Part shown: one piece after another, positions 48,950 through 63,552 of the stretch
Layout: each line of letters begins with the position of its first letter
Numbering within the stretch: position 1 is the first letter of the stretch
NCBI RefSeq assembly: GCF_963921235.1
Contig: NC_086098.1
Span: 154,442,001 to 154,506,000, forward strand
Source: Mobula hypostoma
Taxonomy: Eukaryota
Direction of reading: 5' to 3'
Length of the DNA stretch: 64,000 nt
Made by a program: the position numbers and the translations under genes
Notes under the pieces: model-generated
Database searches by the model: none
Told to the model about the DNA's origin: nothing
The model's input: only the letters and a program-made list of their open reading frames with translations

Positions 48950-49370
48950 TTTTAATATTTGAAGATGCGTTAAATATATGGTAGGATAGGTGTGGCAGAG
49001 GGGGTGGCGTGGCTCTGGTGGTAAAGAACGACATCAAATCATGAGAAGGATGTCCCATAGAATAGGAAGAAGCTGTAGGTTGAGTTAAGAAACTGAAAGG
49101 GTAAAAGGACCTTGATGGCAGTTGTACACAGGCCTCCAAACAGTAACTATGGTGTGGACAACAAAATTATAACGGAAAATAGAAAAGGCGTGTCAAAAGG
49201 GCGATGCTATGATAGTCATAGGCGATTTTACCATACAGGTAGATTGGAAAAATCAGGTTGGTAATGGATCACAAGAGAGTAAGAGAGTGAATTTGTTGAA
49301 TTTGTTTAATGCCTACGAGATGGCTTATTAGAGAAGTTTGTCGTTGAGCCTACAGGTTTGGGTGTTATAG
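48950..49370 (+). repeat. Degenerate CR1 endonuclease fragment
   Basis: GGGVAL-like, YRPPNS-like (gtacacaggcctccaaacagt) and GDF-like segments. Confidence 0.55.
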
Positions 49371-50714
49371 AATGAAACGGGGCTGTCCTTAACCTTCCTT
49401 GTCAGCTACGATTGTCCAGCTCTGCCATTTATGAACAATTTCGTCTGTCTATCCTGCGCCTTATGAATCGTTCACAGATACTTCAGCCACCTCGGTTCTG
49501 CCGTCACCCCGGCCACTATCCCTCTCCTATCCAGTGGGCAAGCTCCTCTTTCATTCGTCTGTAATTCCTTTTTTTCCATTGTGATGCTGATAATGTGCTC
49601 TGATAAGGAAATATATAGGGAGATTTAGTATTTAGCATTGGAAATGTGAGACAATCTGACTTGGAGAAGGTGATCCCACAATCGGTGGATCTAGAATGAG
49701 ATCAGATAAATATAAGGCTGCATCAACTATATAGTTGCTTGAGAGTATGGCCTTGCTGTTGTTCAGAAAGTACGAGACAAAGGCTGGGATTCTAATTTGC
49801 CCATGATTTTCTGAATAGCTGAAATTGCATTAGGGTCAGAGCAAGGAGAGACGTGCACCAGTACGTGGAGTTGAGCAATGATATGGGGATGGATTTACTT
49901 TTACCTCCGGGGATTCGTTACTGAGGACACGTTATGTTATCTGCATTCACCACCCACAGACATTGTCTTCTTTGGATGTGGAGGAACCACTTTCTCTGGT
50001 CGAGCTTGACCAAGTAAAAAAACGGGGAGGCAATGAGTGCAACAGAACCCTGAATAATTAAAACAAACGTAATTTATATTAGTCTTATATTTCACACCCA
50101 CACTCTCCATTTAAATAAATGCGTCGTGCATAGAAGAGGTACAGCAAATGCTGGAAACCCACGTAAATGCTGGAGGACCTCAGCACGTCAGGCTGAAAAA
50201 GAGGCCCTAGACTGAGATGTGAGAAGGGAATGCGGATGGGAATTAAAATTGTTCGCCACTGGGAAATATCGCTTTTTGCGCATGGAATGAGGGTAGTCAA
50301 CAAATTGGTCCCCCCAGTTTACGTTGAGTCTCACCAATGTAGAAGAGGCCGCATCGCAAACACAGGATACAGAAGCCGACCCCAACGGATTCTCAGATGC
50401 AGTGTTGCCTCAGCTAGAAGGACTGTTCGGGGCTCCAAATAGAGGTGATACTGGCAACTTCAGCAGACTCTTTTTTACAGAAAGTATTCCAAGTTAATAT
50501 CGCTGATGAACGAAACCAGCTCCTGCATACTTCTCTTCGCCGAATCAATACACTGCATCGAACAGTTCTTGTTAACGTAGTAACCGCGTTTAACGACCGC
50601 TGCTCTGGTATTTTAATTATCAGTTTATATATTGGCATGAATTTCACTTCGCCAGAAAATTGGCGTGGACAAGTCTTGCTCACTCCCAGCCCACTGATAT
50701 GTACAGTATAGATC

Positions 50715-51335
50715 CAAACAATGCATTGGCCTTCAACAACAGTCGGATTGAGTTTAAGAGCTGAGAGGTAATGTTACACCTTTATAGGACTCTGGACAGA
50801 CACCACTTGGAGTACTGTGCTCAGTTCTGGTCACCTCACTACAGGAAAGATGTGGAAGCCATGGAAAGGGTGCAGAGGAGATATACAAGAATGTTGCCTG
50901 GATTGGGGAGCATGCCCTATGAAAATAGTTTGGCCTTTTCTCCTTGGAGCGACGGGGGATGAGAGGTGACCTGATAGAGGTGTATAAGATGATGAGAGGC
51001 ATTGATTGTGTGGATAGTCAGATGCTTTTTCCCAGGGCTGAAATGGCTTACATGAGAGGACACAGTTTAAAGGTGCTTGGAAGTAGGTACAGAGGAGTTG
51101 TCCGGGAAAGTATTTTTTTACTCAGAGGGTGGTGAGTGCTTGGAATGGGCTGCCGGCGACGGTGGTGGAGGTGGATACGATAGGGTCTTTCAGGAGACTC
51201 CAGGATATGTACATGGAGCTTAGAAAAAATAGAGGGCATGGGTAATCCTTGGTAATTTCTAAACTAAGTAAATGTTCGGCACAGCATTGTGGGCCGAAGG
51301 GCCTAAATTGTTCTGTAAGTTTTCTATGTTTCTAT
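50715..51335 (+). mobile_element. CR1 LINE 3' fragment
   Basis: HLEYCAQFWSPHYRKD, RGDLIEVYK and a CR1-type tail. Confidence 0.85.
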
Positions 51336-52274
51336 GTTAATGAGTTGCCCTGAGAACCAGGTTCGGATACGTTACGAGTGGCATGCCAGCTGCGCAGGTG
51401 AACAATTTACAGTTCAGTTCGGACTTATTGTCTGCGAAGCTCCTAATACTGGCGTGCTCGTTGACATATTGTAATCTGCAATGGCAAGTCTGTGAAAGGT
51501 CTTGTAGTTTTCTCAGTAATGCAACCCCTCAAAAACACTTGATGCCGCTGAATGTTCCTGACACGCGGAAGATCTTGAAATCTCTCATGAGCACTGAAAA
51601 GTAGAATAGAATTTAAAGGAATGCTATTGAAAAATTTAATTAGTAGCTAATCAGCATTTGTATATATTTTAAAGCTGTAAAATATGTTTAGTTAATGCAA
51701 AACTATTGAACATTGTTAGGCTGATCATTTTCCCAGTGCAACTGTGACCCTTCGTTCAATTGTTCGTTCTTAATTAGGTTACCAGATTATCGGCCTCTGA
51801 CATTAGTGATTTTATCCTTCACTGCTGGGCCTCACGTGAACTCCACGTTGAACTTTATTTCTGAGGACTCTCTGGAATTCTCTGCAGAGGGTCGCCGGTA
51901 AGTTCCAGTTATTCGCGTTTAGGTAGATTTCCAAAATTAAAGTTAGATGTTACAGTACTCCCAGTCCAGTGCAGCATTTCTGAGCAGATCTGGCGTTTCC
52001 GACATCTGCGACTTGACCAGCAGATGGCAGAAACGTATTACGTAATATTTCGTACATACCGCCGCGTTAAATAGTTGTGTATGCATTTTAATGGCAGGGA
52101 ATTCTGCAATTAACAACAACAGAGAACTTATTTTCCATGAGCAAGTAAACCAAAGCACATTTAATAACCGTTTCGCTTCTTTAGATGCAATATTACCAAC
52201 AGTAGCTGAATTTAGAAACAGAAGCTTTGTCGAAATAAGAAGCGGAAACGAGAGGAACCAGAACAGAAAGTCAT

Positions 52275-52800
52275 ACAGTGCTGGTCTCAGAAAACAGACT
52301 AGATTCTACATGAATATTTTGAGTTGGTAGACTGGACAACGATCACAGACTCAGCCTCCAGTCTACATGAGGATGTCACCACCTTCACAGATTTTATCAG
52401 AAAGTGTGTTGAGGACTGTGTACTACAGAGGACACCCAAGTGTTCCCATACCGGAAACCACGGGTGAACCGGGAGATCCACTCTCTTCTGAAGTGCAGGC
52501 CTGCAACATTAAAATCATGTAACCCTGACCCGATAAGAAATCAAACTGTAACTTCCATAAAGATGTTAAGAGACTATCCCAGTCCACCGTCGAGTCTCGG
52601 TCCAGCCGTTGCTATGGCAGTCCTTACATATTTTAAAGGATTACACAATCAAATGGGCAACATCGCCGAAAATACCACAGTCTTTCCCGAGCAATTTCAC
52701 AGATTCTCTCCACGCTTTATGCAGAAGGGACGGGTATGATATGATGCACGTGAATCTACTGTCACCGTTGCGGACGTAAGATCAGGCTTAAACATTTATT
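52275..52800 (+). repeat. Degenerate Rex/Babar-like LINE ORF2 fragment
   Basis: Remnant FPYRKPRVNREIHSLLK resembles the FPNxKPW region of this LINE group. Confidence 0.45.
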
Positions 52801-54369
52801 TGGATGCCTGTGGTGTGGAGGTGATTCTGGAGGTGTGAAATTTGTATGTAGTTTCAAATAACTATTTTCTATACTTAATAAATACAGAATTGTCCTTTGA
52901 TGTTTGGCACATAAAATGCCGAATCCCAAGATGGGCCAGCCAGACCTTTCGACAAATAGCGTCTCCATATGGTGTCTGCTGTACCTGGTTTTGTCGAATA
53001 AAGAAGCTGCTTTGTATCCAACACTACTTTTCTTTTGTGACTTCATTGACGCAGCAACAGAGAGGTTGTTGTTTTCCAGATTATCACGCAAAACATTTAC
53101 AGCATCATGTGATATGTCATTAATACATCGACTTACTGCACTGCATCTTGATCTAGCATTTTACCTTTTATAATTTTAAATGCTGGCATTATTAGGTTCT
53201 CACCAATTGTGTGACCTTTCCTTTCCTGGGTAATAAGTTATGCTGCTAAACAGCTTGCATCCTGAGTACTTTTACTGAATGTGGCTTTGTTGACAAAAGC
53301 TTTACACTGATTGTTTTAAGATTCAAATAGCTGTTTAAAATAATCAGCACTTTTACGTATCACATGGCAATGATTTGTAGTTAAAGGTCCTTTCTAGTTT
53401 GCTGGAGACAATGCTGCACGTGTAAGTTGTCTGCCACAGACTGGGCGCAATAGAATGGGACGACTTGAATCGCCAGTCCATATAACACCGATTGATAAAG
53501 TAGCTTTCGTTGTAAAGACGGATTTGTTTGTGTCTGTTATTGCACTAGTGCGGGGAATTGACTTAAAGAATTATAATTCTTCATCATTAACTTTATCAGA
53601 ATTGTCCATAGGCACAGGCCTAGAATCCTCCTCTTCCATCTCACACCTCCTCTTCAAAAATCGCCACATTGGACCATGAAACATGTCCGTGAAACACATG
53701 GATTAATAAATGGGAACATTGAGAAGAAAATATGGTGAGGCTGTTGTTGGGGAGGGGGTGGAAATTCGGATGGGAGAGAGTGACATCACAGCCCAAGTTG
53801 GGCAAGGCCATTCAATGCACATAAAACGCACTTCATGCTCCTCATCAGCCAACAGCCCTTCCCCCCGTGTAATACAGCGCTAAGCAATTATCAGCGGCCT
53901 CCCCATCTCACATTAAAAACTAACAGATAACTCAACCAAATAACATGGTCCTACTGCGCACTGATAAACTGTGCTGGGAGACTTCTAATGAGATTGCTGA
54001 CGGGACTGTTCAGACACTGCCCAGCACTGCGAGCGCGCGCATTGTGTGTTGTTATTGCTGTTGAATTCTAAACTGCTCCACGTCCTTAGATCTGATAATG
54101 TTTCTTATTCCTTGCAAAGTTATATCACTGTTTTATGGATCGAATACTAGTCATTACATCTTCTGCTGGAGATTATTTGATCTTCTATTTCCCTTTATAC
54201 GCTGTACCAAACATAGAAATACTTTACAGATTTTTAAAGTGTTATGGACTACTCGGGAACATTTTCTGGAAGTGATTTTATCAAGAAAGCAGTTTTGAGT
54301 TTTGACCGATTAATTTGCAGTTTAATGTTGATAGAGAGCAGGTCCCTATTGACGCTACAGTTAGATAAT

Positions 54370-56180
54370 ATGAGGACAGGGTATGTACTTTTGCGGGTGC
54401 AAGTGAGGCAGAAGATATGATGGAAGACTGAAAGGCCAGACAGATCATTATAGATTGGCTGGCGCCTTGATCCGAAAACCCAGAGCAATGCGGATTTCCA
54501 AGACAAACAGAGGTAGATGCAGATAAAGTTATTTAGACTTTGTTAATACAGGGAGTTTTGCAAGAAATAATATATACAAATAATTCTCCCCCATGATCAG
54601 TTCAAAAATCCGATGAAAGTCGAAGGGTTGCCATAGATTACCGGGAATTGAATAAAGTTATCCCTTTAACGCCTCTACTGTAGGCGTAAGTTCTGAGACT
54701 ATGATTAAGCAAAATTATGTAGCACTACTGAATGTAATCAACAGAATATGGTCTGTCCCATTAAAAAGAGAGTGTCAATATAAAGTTGCTTTCACTTGGA
54801 AAGCACAACGGTATACGTGGACAGTTTTGCCGCAAGGATTTCATAATTCTCCATCCATTTTTCATAAATGGTTGGCTAGTGGGCTGAAAGCCTTCTCAAC
54901 TCCATACTGTTTCATTCAATATGTAGATGATCGACTGTTACAAAGTCCCGAAATGAGCATTATGAGTTATTTAAAGAACTACTGCAATTGTTACAGGAGA
55001 TGGCTTTGAAGGTTTACCCGAAAAATGCTCAAATCATAAAGCGGCAGCTTAGTTACTTGGGACTGGTCATAGTCCACGGGAAAAGAGGGAAAGATAAACA
55101 GCATGTGGATGTAGTGGCTAAACTACATTTCCCCATTGACGTGAGGAGATCGAGGTAGTTTCACCGTCTGATAAGGCTTTGGAGAGACCACAAGAAGAGT
55201 TTTCCACCAAAGCCGACCCACTTATGGAGCTCCTCAAAAACACTGTTCGTTGAAATGAAAACTAGAACACAAATAAGAGAATTTTAGATCTCAACACTCG
55301 CCTTGCAGAAGCACCATCTCTTAAGACACCAAACAGTTCCGAGCCATGCCCTTTGGAGGCCGCTGCCACCAGTAGCTTGATATCAGCAGTGTTACTCTAG
55401 GAGACACATGGTCGTCTGGAGCCAATGACGTATGGATCTCGAATGCTTACTCCAGTAAACCAAGGATATACAACACGTGAGTATCAACTATTAGCAGTGT
55501 TTAGGACAGTTAAGCATTTCACATATCACGGCTCCTAATCCGCTAACTATTTTACCAGAGAATACTACAATTTAGCTTTTTTTTGGATGGTCGTTAAAGA
55601 TTGGAACATTCAGTCAAACTGGATAAGTCCGATGGGCATTGCTATTAGAGGGTTATAATGTCACAGCTAAAAGTGGTAACACGACAAACGTGCTTGCTAA
55701 CAATTTAACTTATCTGCATGAACCTCCTGAGTGTCAGGTGACAATAGTCCAAGTACGGAATGGACATTCGTTCCCATCAAAAATCAGGAGAGGAAAATAA
55801 AGTCGTGTGACTGGAAAGTTCCTCTTTAAGGATGTTTGTTGATGCATCGTCACCAGTTCAGGATGCAGAGAGACTTACAGAATGTGGTATATATGTAGAA
55901 GTGGAGGAAGTATTGGAGATCGAGTTACCTGAACCATTAAGTGCACAAGCGGCAGAGCTTGCTGCAATAGTTTTTGCTGTCAGCCATCCAATGAGAGATT
56001 TCCTTCAGGAGGAATCATATTCCTCAGATATTATGTGCGTTTATAATAGATTGACTATTATAAACTTACCGTCATGGGAAGCTCGGGGGATATGCCAGAA
56101 GGTGAAAGAAACCAGATGATGTATTGGTACCGTGATATTTGTGAGCATCAAGGAGCAGATAAAGCTATGGAGCAGTTGAC
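54370..56180 (+). pseudogene. pol: Highly decayed retrovirus-like pol (RT, gypsy-type RNase H/tether, second RNase H); class III/spuma- or lokiretrovirus-like
   Basis: IDYRELNKV; WSVPL, FTW, VLPQGFHNSPSIF, QYVDD (ORF 54701-55009); YGSRMLTP..QGYT..EYQLLAV (~55430-55510); FVDAS...SAQAAELAAI (ORF 55832-56119). Confidence 0.8.
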
Positions 56181-59100
56181 GCATCTGTGTTGCTGGCAAA
56201 AATACAAGGTGATATAGAACATTATTGTAAGAATTATTGATTTGTATCCTGTATAACCGAAATAAATTGGCTAGAAAAGTGGGTCTATCCTGATTACACA
56301 GCCTGTTAACTCACTTTCAAGAACCCTACAACTCATGCTCTCCATATTTATGACTTGCGTATATATTATTATTAGTTTGGGCTTTTTTCCTTTTATAATT
56401 TCACAAATTGTTGTCTTTGTAATATTGGACTTACTGTGATTCCTGCAAGAAATTGAATCCCAGGGAAGTATATCGTGGCAAATATGTATTAGGGTAATAA
56501 AATTGACTTTGAACTTTGGCCCTAGAAAACTGAACGAATGTCTATGTCACAAGCTGTCGCTGGAATGACATTTTATAAATGGTTTTGTTTCTTCGAGCCA
56601 TGTGTGTCTTCTATTTAAGGCAAGTAACAGATCTGTCCAAGCTGTTTATCGTAAATCGAATGCCTGATAACTTGAGAACTGCATGAGGTCAGCGTATTTT
56701 GAATAACAGTGTCTATTTCAATGAAAGTTTTGTTCCGAAGCAGAATCTCAATCCGAAACGTCTATCACCCTGTTACCTTCTCAGATGTTGCCTGTTCGGA
56801 CAGTGTTTCGAAAATATTTGCTCTGTAGTGCCAGACGGCCCCAAAACCGGATCCTCTGTGCATCAGCGCAGCGTCTAACAACGCAGCAGGATGAGATGGG
56901 TAAAGTAAACTCCATTCACAAACTTTCTTTAAATCACTCCTGTAACCACATCATCGGATAAGATAAAATAAAGATGGGTAAGACACTGAAAATAATCTCT
57001 GCTCTGAAGTGTTCTAAATGGACACGCATTGCTTGCGCAACTTCCCGACGATGGTCGAAAGAATTACCCAAAGTCACTTGTATTTCTACATTTCCTCCTT
57101 TTCAGATACTTGATGCTCTATTCCTGTTATCCATTAGCCACTGAAACTAATCGTTAGCTCAAACTCTTCAGGCTACCAGTGAGCTAGAACTTTGCAAATG
57201 TGGTGAAGGGGCTTATCACTAATATGCTCTATCTAAAAGGGTGATCACATAACAGGCCACATGAAAAACACCTATGGGAGTAATGTCCCCTCTAATTTGT
57301 ACTGACCGGTGTGTGCCAACAAAATGTGCACGGAGAATTTTAAAGTGGAAGTAAACTTGAAGCGATTCTAAAGATGATAAGCTACCAAGTCCAGTTGATT
57401 GTTCATTGTTTGAAAGAAATAAAGTAAATGTAAATAAGAACTTTGATCTCCTCTGGGTTTGACCGTTTTCGTTCTCGTTCATCTGCACTCTCATAAAACA
57501 TACGAAGGAGGCCTGCAGCGGTTTATGAAGGAGCTTTTACGTACCGCCATATGTGACTTGCTCGTTAAATTACAATTTAAAAATTCAAGTTTCCAAATAT
57601 CCCTCAAATTCTTTCCACTTGCAAACTATCCAGCAATTTTTTCATCGGGACAATACACGCAGTAACACCAGTTTCTGTAGTTTACGTAAATGTTTCTCAC
57701 AGCTGCGCGTTCCTACCCTCGTGAGCTTTCAGTGTAGCAGTTTCTCATGTCTGGTTAAACCATTCCGCTTTAAATGAACTAACAGTTCTTTAGGTTTCAC
57801 GCCCGTCGCTTCTTTGGAATTCGACTCCGGGTAAAATAACTTCTTCAATAAAAACAGTATAAATAAGCCTGCACTAAATTCAATAAACAAATCATTGCAA
57901 ACTCCACGGTGTCAACGCCGTTCGCATCATAAACGGGAAAAGGAAATGTGATTTGTGTACTTAACATGCCAACGAGGTGGGGGGTGGGGTGGTAACAATA
58001 TTTTGTGCGCATTTTAAATTCCTTTCTGCGCTTGTCGCAAAGGATGATTGCGCTCACACCTCAGAAGGAACATTGTGGAGCAGTTTTACATAATACACCG
58101 TGTAATTTCAATTAATCCTACACGACCCTAACTGTCTCCGGTCATGAAAGTACCGAGAAACGGAAAATATGAACGTTAGTAACAGAGAGAGGCAGCTGGT
58201 ATTTCGCACCTTCTATCATACAATGCGATTATGACTGATACGTAATTTGAATGTCGTATTGCGACTCCTAAACAATAGTCCGGTATCCCAGGAATGTTTT
58301 CTACTCACTCTATGGCAACTAGATCCCACCGAATTTGATAGCATTGGCCAATTCAGAAATATTACATTCACTTCCTTCAAGCAACTCATTCGAATACATT
58401 CTAAATGGGTGCGGCCTAAGCACTGATTCTTGCAATTAATGACTGCTTTCTCTTCATTCCTTGTACAACATTCCTGTCAGTCACGAAATTCTCAAGATAT
58501 GCCAGTATATTGCCCCAGTTCCATCTGATTTAGTTTACGACTCTAAATTTCGAGGTAGGACTTTATTCCATACTATACGCCTGTAATTTCTTGTCATCCT
58601 TTCACCTCCTTTCCTCGGCGATGAGATTACATTTGCGAACGCCAGAATTTCCATCACCTATATAAAATGTGAACAGAACAGTCACTGAAACTATTCCGTC
58701 CACGTCTGTTTACTTTAGTAATACTGGTTGCTTATTATCTGCTGATTTTCGGGATTTCGGCTCCATTAATTTGTCCAGCACTTCTTTGAATGTTGAACAG
58801 TGCCGCTCGACAGTCGCAACTTTCATTGCAACTCCCCCGTCTGTGTCAATATGATTATCATTATGTACTGCGTTGTATGACCATGATTGTTCTTGACAAA
58901 TTCTACAGAAATTATTTGTTATTGCCTGTTTTGTCTTTACATGGCGAGTGACCCCCAGCAATTATCAATACTCTTCAGAGATTATCTGCCTGGCGTCACT
59001 AGTCCCATAACCAGGACTTCTGATAAGCACCAGCTTCTCATACATCCATTTACCACAGCTTGCATGGCTTCACGTGATCCTGAGCGGGGGGGGGGGTGGG

Positions 59101-60136
59101 GGGGGGGCTCAGCATGAGCTATACCCTTGCCCAAAGGTAATCTGTAAAGTAAAGGAGGGAAGAAGTGGCTTACAACTCCTTTGGTAAAGATATACCTTCA
59201 CCCGGCACCCAACTCTGTTAGCGATGTTCCATTTATTATACAATAGATTTAATCCCTTTCATGCAGACACCTGGTATTGATACTTCCTGAACATTCGCTC
59301 CATTCGTAGCAGAAATAACTGTTTCCTCACTCTCAGCTCCTCGTCCTTGATCTTCCTCACTCTTGCTCTCTCACCCGTTTTCTCTCCCACTTTGGTGTCA
59401 CCCTTAAAATGCCCACACGTCCTGGCTTTCAAATGGCTCAAATTAATATCTGAAGATGTATTCACCATACAACCTGAAAGTCTTACGCTTCACAGAGACA
59501 ATCACGGAGCAAGAAACCCGAAAGTATGAATGATGGTGACATCAGATCCCCAAAGTCCCCCCACCTCCTCCACACACAAGCAGCAGCACCGACCACAGCA
59601 CCACCACCCCGAACGCCCTCACCATGCAGTCAATAGTAAATGCCCCAAAGACACCTTTGATCCAAGTCCATCATTTGATGCATTCTTTCAAGGATCTACA
59701 ATTCCCAAGATTATCTAACAGAGAAAACCTGATTTAAGGACTTAAATTGGAATCAAACGGAAATCTAACATAATTGTTTTCAAAGTAATGTTGTCCGCCG
59801 CACCGCAGGTAGTACACGTGAGCTTTTCTTCTTTATAATTTCAATGTTTGTTTTCGCGCAATAATTTATTCGGCTACAATATGTTCATCTGTGTGTCTCT
59901 TGACAGAGCATGAGACAGTCTCCTGGGCAATTATCGCCCTCCAGCTACTCCTGTCTGAAGTAATATTTGGGCTTGTATAGGTCGCATTATATCGAATCTA
60001 TTGTTCCTTCCCGTTTTACCGTGCGGTTTACTCTGATGTTTTCTACTATTTGCTTGTCCCGAAGGGCTGGTACGATGCAAATATAAGATAAATTCAGACC
60101 AACAGTTTCGTGTTTTGGTGTCACGTGAGTAGACGG

Positions 60137-60168
60137 TTGCATGAATAATTAATATGCAATGACGTAAC
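60137..60168 (+). promoter_or_regulatory. IgL promoter block 2
   Basis: TTGCATGAATAATTAATATGCAATGACGTAAC, with TATTTAAA at 60181. Confidence 0.75.
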
Positions 60169-60252
60169 GATACTTAGGACTATTTAAAGGGGGGTTCAGA
60201 TGGAATTAAGAACCGAACTTGTGTCGGAAAACAACACTTCTACTCCTTCACC

Positions 60253-60301
60253 ATGGCCGAATGGATTCGGTGTCTTGTCGTACTGGTGTTCTGTTTTCAA
60301 A
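60253..60301 (+). CDS. Ig lambda cluster 2 leader exon
   Basis: CACCATGG context, MAEWIRCLVVLVFCFQ plus 1 nt, donor GTAAGT at 60302, 91-nt intron. Confidence 0.92.
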
Positions 60302-60392
60302 GTAAGTACAATGCCTAAATAAGCTATAATATCGCTGCATTTTACTTTGTATGGATGTGTGACAACTCTAACACTAATCCATATTTCCCCAG

Positions 60393-60734
60393 ATACAGTC
60401 GCGGATTTTGTTTTGACTCAGTCCCCGTCTATCTCGACTTCTGCGGGGAAAACTGTAAAGATCACTTGTACCATGTCAGGAGGCAACATCGGTAGTTACT
60501 ACGCGAGCTGGTACTGGCAGAAACCCGGCAGCGCCCCTGTGTATGTGTGGGATGAAAGCGATGGCAGAGCTTCCGGTATTCCAGAGCGATTTACCGGTTC
60601 CGTAGACTCATCTAGCAACAAGATGCACTTAACAATCACAAACGTGCAATCGGAAGATGCTGCCGACTATTACTGCGCTGTAGGGAAAAGTGGTGTCCTC
60701 ACCTTCGGAAAAGGAACCAAACTGAATTTGAGCA
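60393..60734 (+). CDS. IGLV: Germline-joined Ig lambda (type II/NS3-like) VJ exon, cluster 2
   Basis: DFVLTQ...WYWQKP...[19 protein letters not shown], 342 nt like cluster 1. Acceptor CCCCAG, donor GTAAGT at 60735. Confidence 0.95.
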
Positions 60735-63552
60735 GTAAGTGTTTTTTTCCTTCTTCGGTCATTTTATGTTAATAAGTCCAATAAGAACAATAAGTCCAAA
60801 TGGCGCCTGATATTATTGATGGTGTCGAATCATGAAGAGGAGATACACGCCATTTATTTCCATGTTACCACAACGCGTCTTCAACTTCGACAGCAAGTTG
60901 GAAAAGGCAGGAAGGTAAGTCCCAAAGGCGTTGATCCGATTTCCCCACCGAATGGTGTGAGGCTGAAAGAGAGCTACTGAAGTTATTGAGCTGAGAATGG
61001 AAAACACTTCTTTCTTCCTCCGCAATCTCGACTCGCGACTTTTCAAATTTACTTGTAACCTTACCCCATTCTGTGCTGTGGGAACCTGAATTCTTCTAAA
61101 CCCTGTTTTCCATTTCCCAACTCCCTCTCGTCCTGTTCCTCTCCTGTGTTTATTGACTTATAATTTCTCCCAGTTAAAGAATTACGTACGAAAAAAATGT
61201 CACCCTTGTTATGATATGATCCTTAGGCTTGGACCAATTTCATTTCTGTAGTATTCAACCTTATAACCAGTTGCGATCTAATTTTCGCCACTTAATCATG
61301 TTAGCAGCGCTTTCATGTGTAGATGCTCCAAGCTCTGAAATGCCATCCCTAAAACACTCTATGTCGTTATCGTTCTTTGTTCTTTTTTAAAAACTTTTAA
61401 AACGTATGACTTTGTCCAAATTTTGCTCCTCTAGTTTTCAGTGTTTATGGGCTCAAATTTGGTCTTGTTGTGTTACTATGACATGTTTTGTTGTCGTTGA
61501 AAGCACTACATAAAGGATTTTTGTATTATTTGTGAGACGATTAGGGACACTAAGGTTCCTTTTTGACCGATGTTATCAGACAATCAGTAAGTCCCATCTG
61601 AAACGGAAGTTCAAACAGTACAAACGGGTAATTAACAATAGACAAAGTCAGAGAGTGCAGGTTTCAAGAAAACGTTGACACCAGATCGACTCCCTTCTGA
61701 ACTGTTAAATCTTAAGACCTCCGAGACTCAGGTTGTCTTTGACTGTTTTCCAGACTGTCTGATCTGCACAATCTGAAACCCCAACAGGAAACGCTTATAT
61801 TTTACCATTTATTCTCCATGTGATTGTACAACATTAAATTCTTCTTGGACAGTGCTGCAAATTGCTTCAGCTCATGTCCGAAATCACACTAAAAGCCTTA
61901 ATGCCACTGTCACGTAACTTCCCTTTGGTAGACGCAGATCTGAATATGAGGTTTTTTTTTCGAAATACCTTCTCAGAGTTTCTGTTTATTGACTTTTGCC
62001 ATTTCTTCTGTGATTTGTGTCACCAAAAGTGTAATATCGATGAACGTGCCTATAATCTCTCAGGATATTAAATCCTATTCCGATTTAAATACTCGCCGTC
62101 AGTCTTCTCTGTGATATGTGGGTTCGGAGATTCAGGTGTGTTGCTGAAGGGTAGAGGAAGGAAGAGATTAGGACGAGATCGCTTCAGCAACTTTACCTAG
62201 TACATTCCCTTAACATAGTTGTGAGCTTGCATGAAGACAAAATGTAAACCTGCATTGATGGCGCACTTTCCCAAAGCTCGTGAGTGCATTCAGCACCGCA
62301 ATCGGGGGTGAGTTACAGACAATTGTCCCGGAGTTAGCAATGTGAAAACGAGATGATTATTTGTTTCGTCTACTTTTTATGATGGACAATTATAGGAGAG
62401 AAAACTCCAGGTGTAAAAACAGATTATTTCTTGGAACTTAAATGTAGCATTGTCTAATTTGTTTAGAAGAAAATTTAGTTTTAAGAAAACTTTAGTTTTA
62501 AGAAAACAATTGCTTTTATTCAGGTAGCGCCTGACATTCCGACTCTGGTTCCGTCCCCAGAAGCAGATCCCGAATGTGACGGGATTGCTGGATTTTTTGG
62601 GAGGGGGGAGTGGAACTTGCTTGCCTCATTGGCGCGTGGGAATTAGTAAAATCTACCAGTTAAATAGTTCAAATAATCGAAATAGTTCGGTCAGTGATTG
62701 TCCCGGTTTGATATTTGCAACTGTCAGCAACATTAGCGCCTAATGGGAGGCAAAAGCAAATTAATGATCGATTTAGCAACTTGAATTGACCCGAATTTTT
62801 TGAGTTAAATATTACAATATACAGTCTTTCCATTCGGCACGCTTAGGCGTTTATTCAAAGTTCATATCTATTATTTGTTTCGACATGCATGTCGAAATGT
62901 GAATGCGACAAAGAAGATACAATCTTAATACCCACAGTAAGTTCCTTATTCATTTCCATTGCTCGCTGACCTTCCCCCATCAATATTTATTCCGAATTCC
63001 ATTCGAAACTTGTATAAGGTAAAGAAAATGCATAAAATTGGAAACTCTACGGCCTCTTTGATTGACGGCGCGGTTAATTTTGAAATTCAAAGCATCTGAT
63101 TAGTCAACATTGTTTTCTTTGAGAAAGAAAGATTTGTTTTTGCTTTTTGTCTTGGTTATATTCTTTAAATACCCCCAGGCTATTGCATTTACAGTCACCT
63201 CGGCTTCTATCGCTATTCACGTTCAATAAATCGGGTTCCATTGGATAACAGTTTTCATACTGATACAGCGATGTCGGTCGTGTAATCAATAAAGAAAAAC
63301 TTTTTAGTAAAATTAAAGCTACTGGAGGAACTCAGCCTGTCAGGCAGCATGTGTCGAGGCAAATGGGTCCTAATGCACGACTGTCTCTTTGCTTCTACAG
63401 ATGCTGCCCGACCCGATGAATTCAGTCGGTTGGCAGTTCTTTTGCTTCAGATCACAGCATGTGCAATCTCTCGTAGATCCGAGGAAAGGCATTAATTTCA
63501 GATTACTCAATCAGTAATTGATTGGCAGCTATACATGTTTTTTTTATTTCAG

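Noticed and set aside
50503-50517. CTGATGAACGAAAC as a hammerhead core
   Set aside because: There is no room for stem II and no flanking stems; it is likely a chance match.
52762-53173. Minus-strand ORFs (109 and 89 aa) as a host gene exon
   Set aside because: No recognisable domain or convincing splice context; possibly a decayed repeat.
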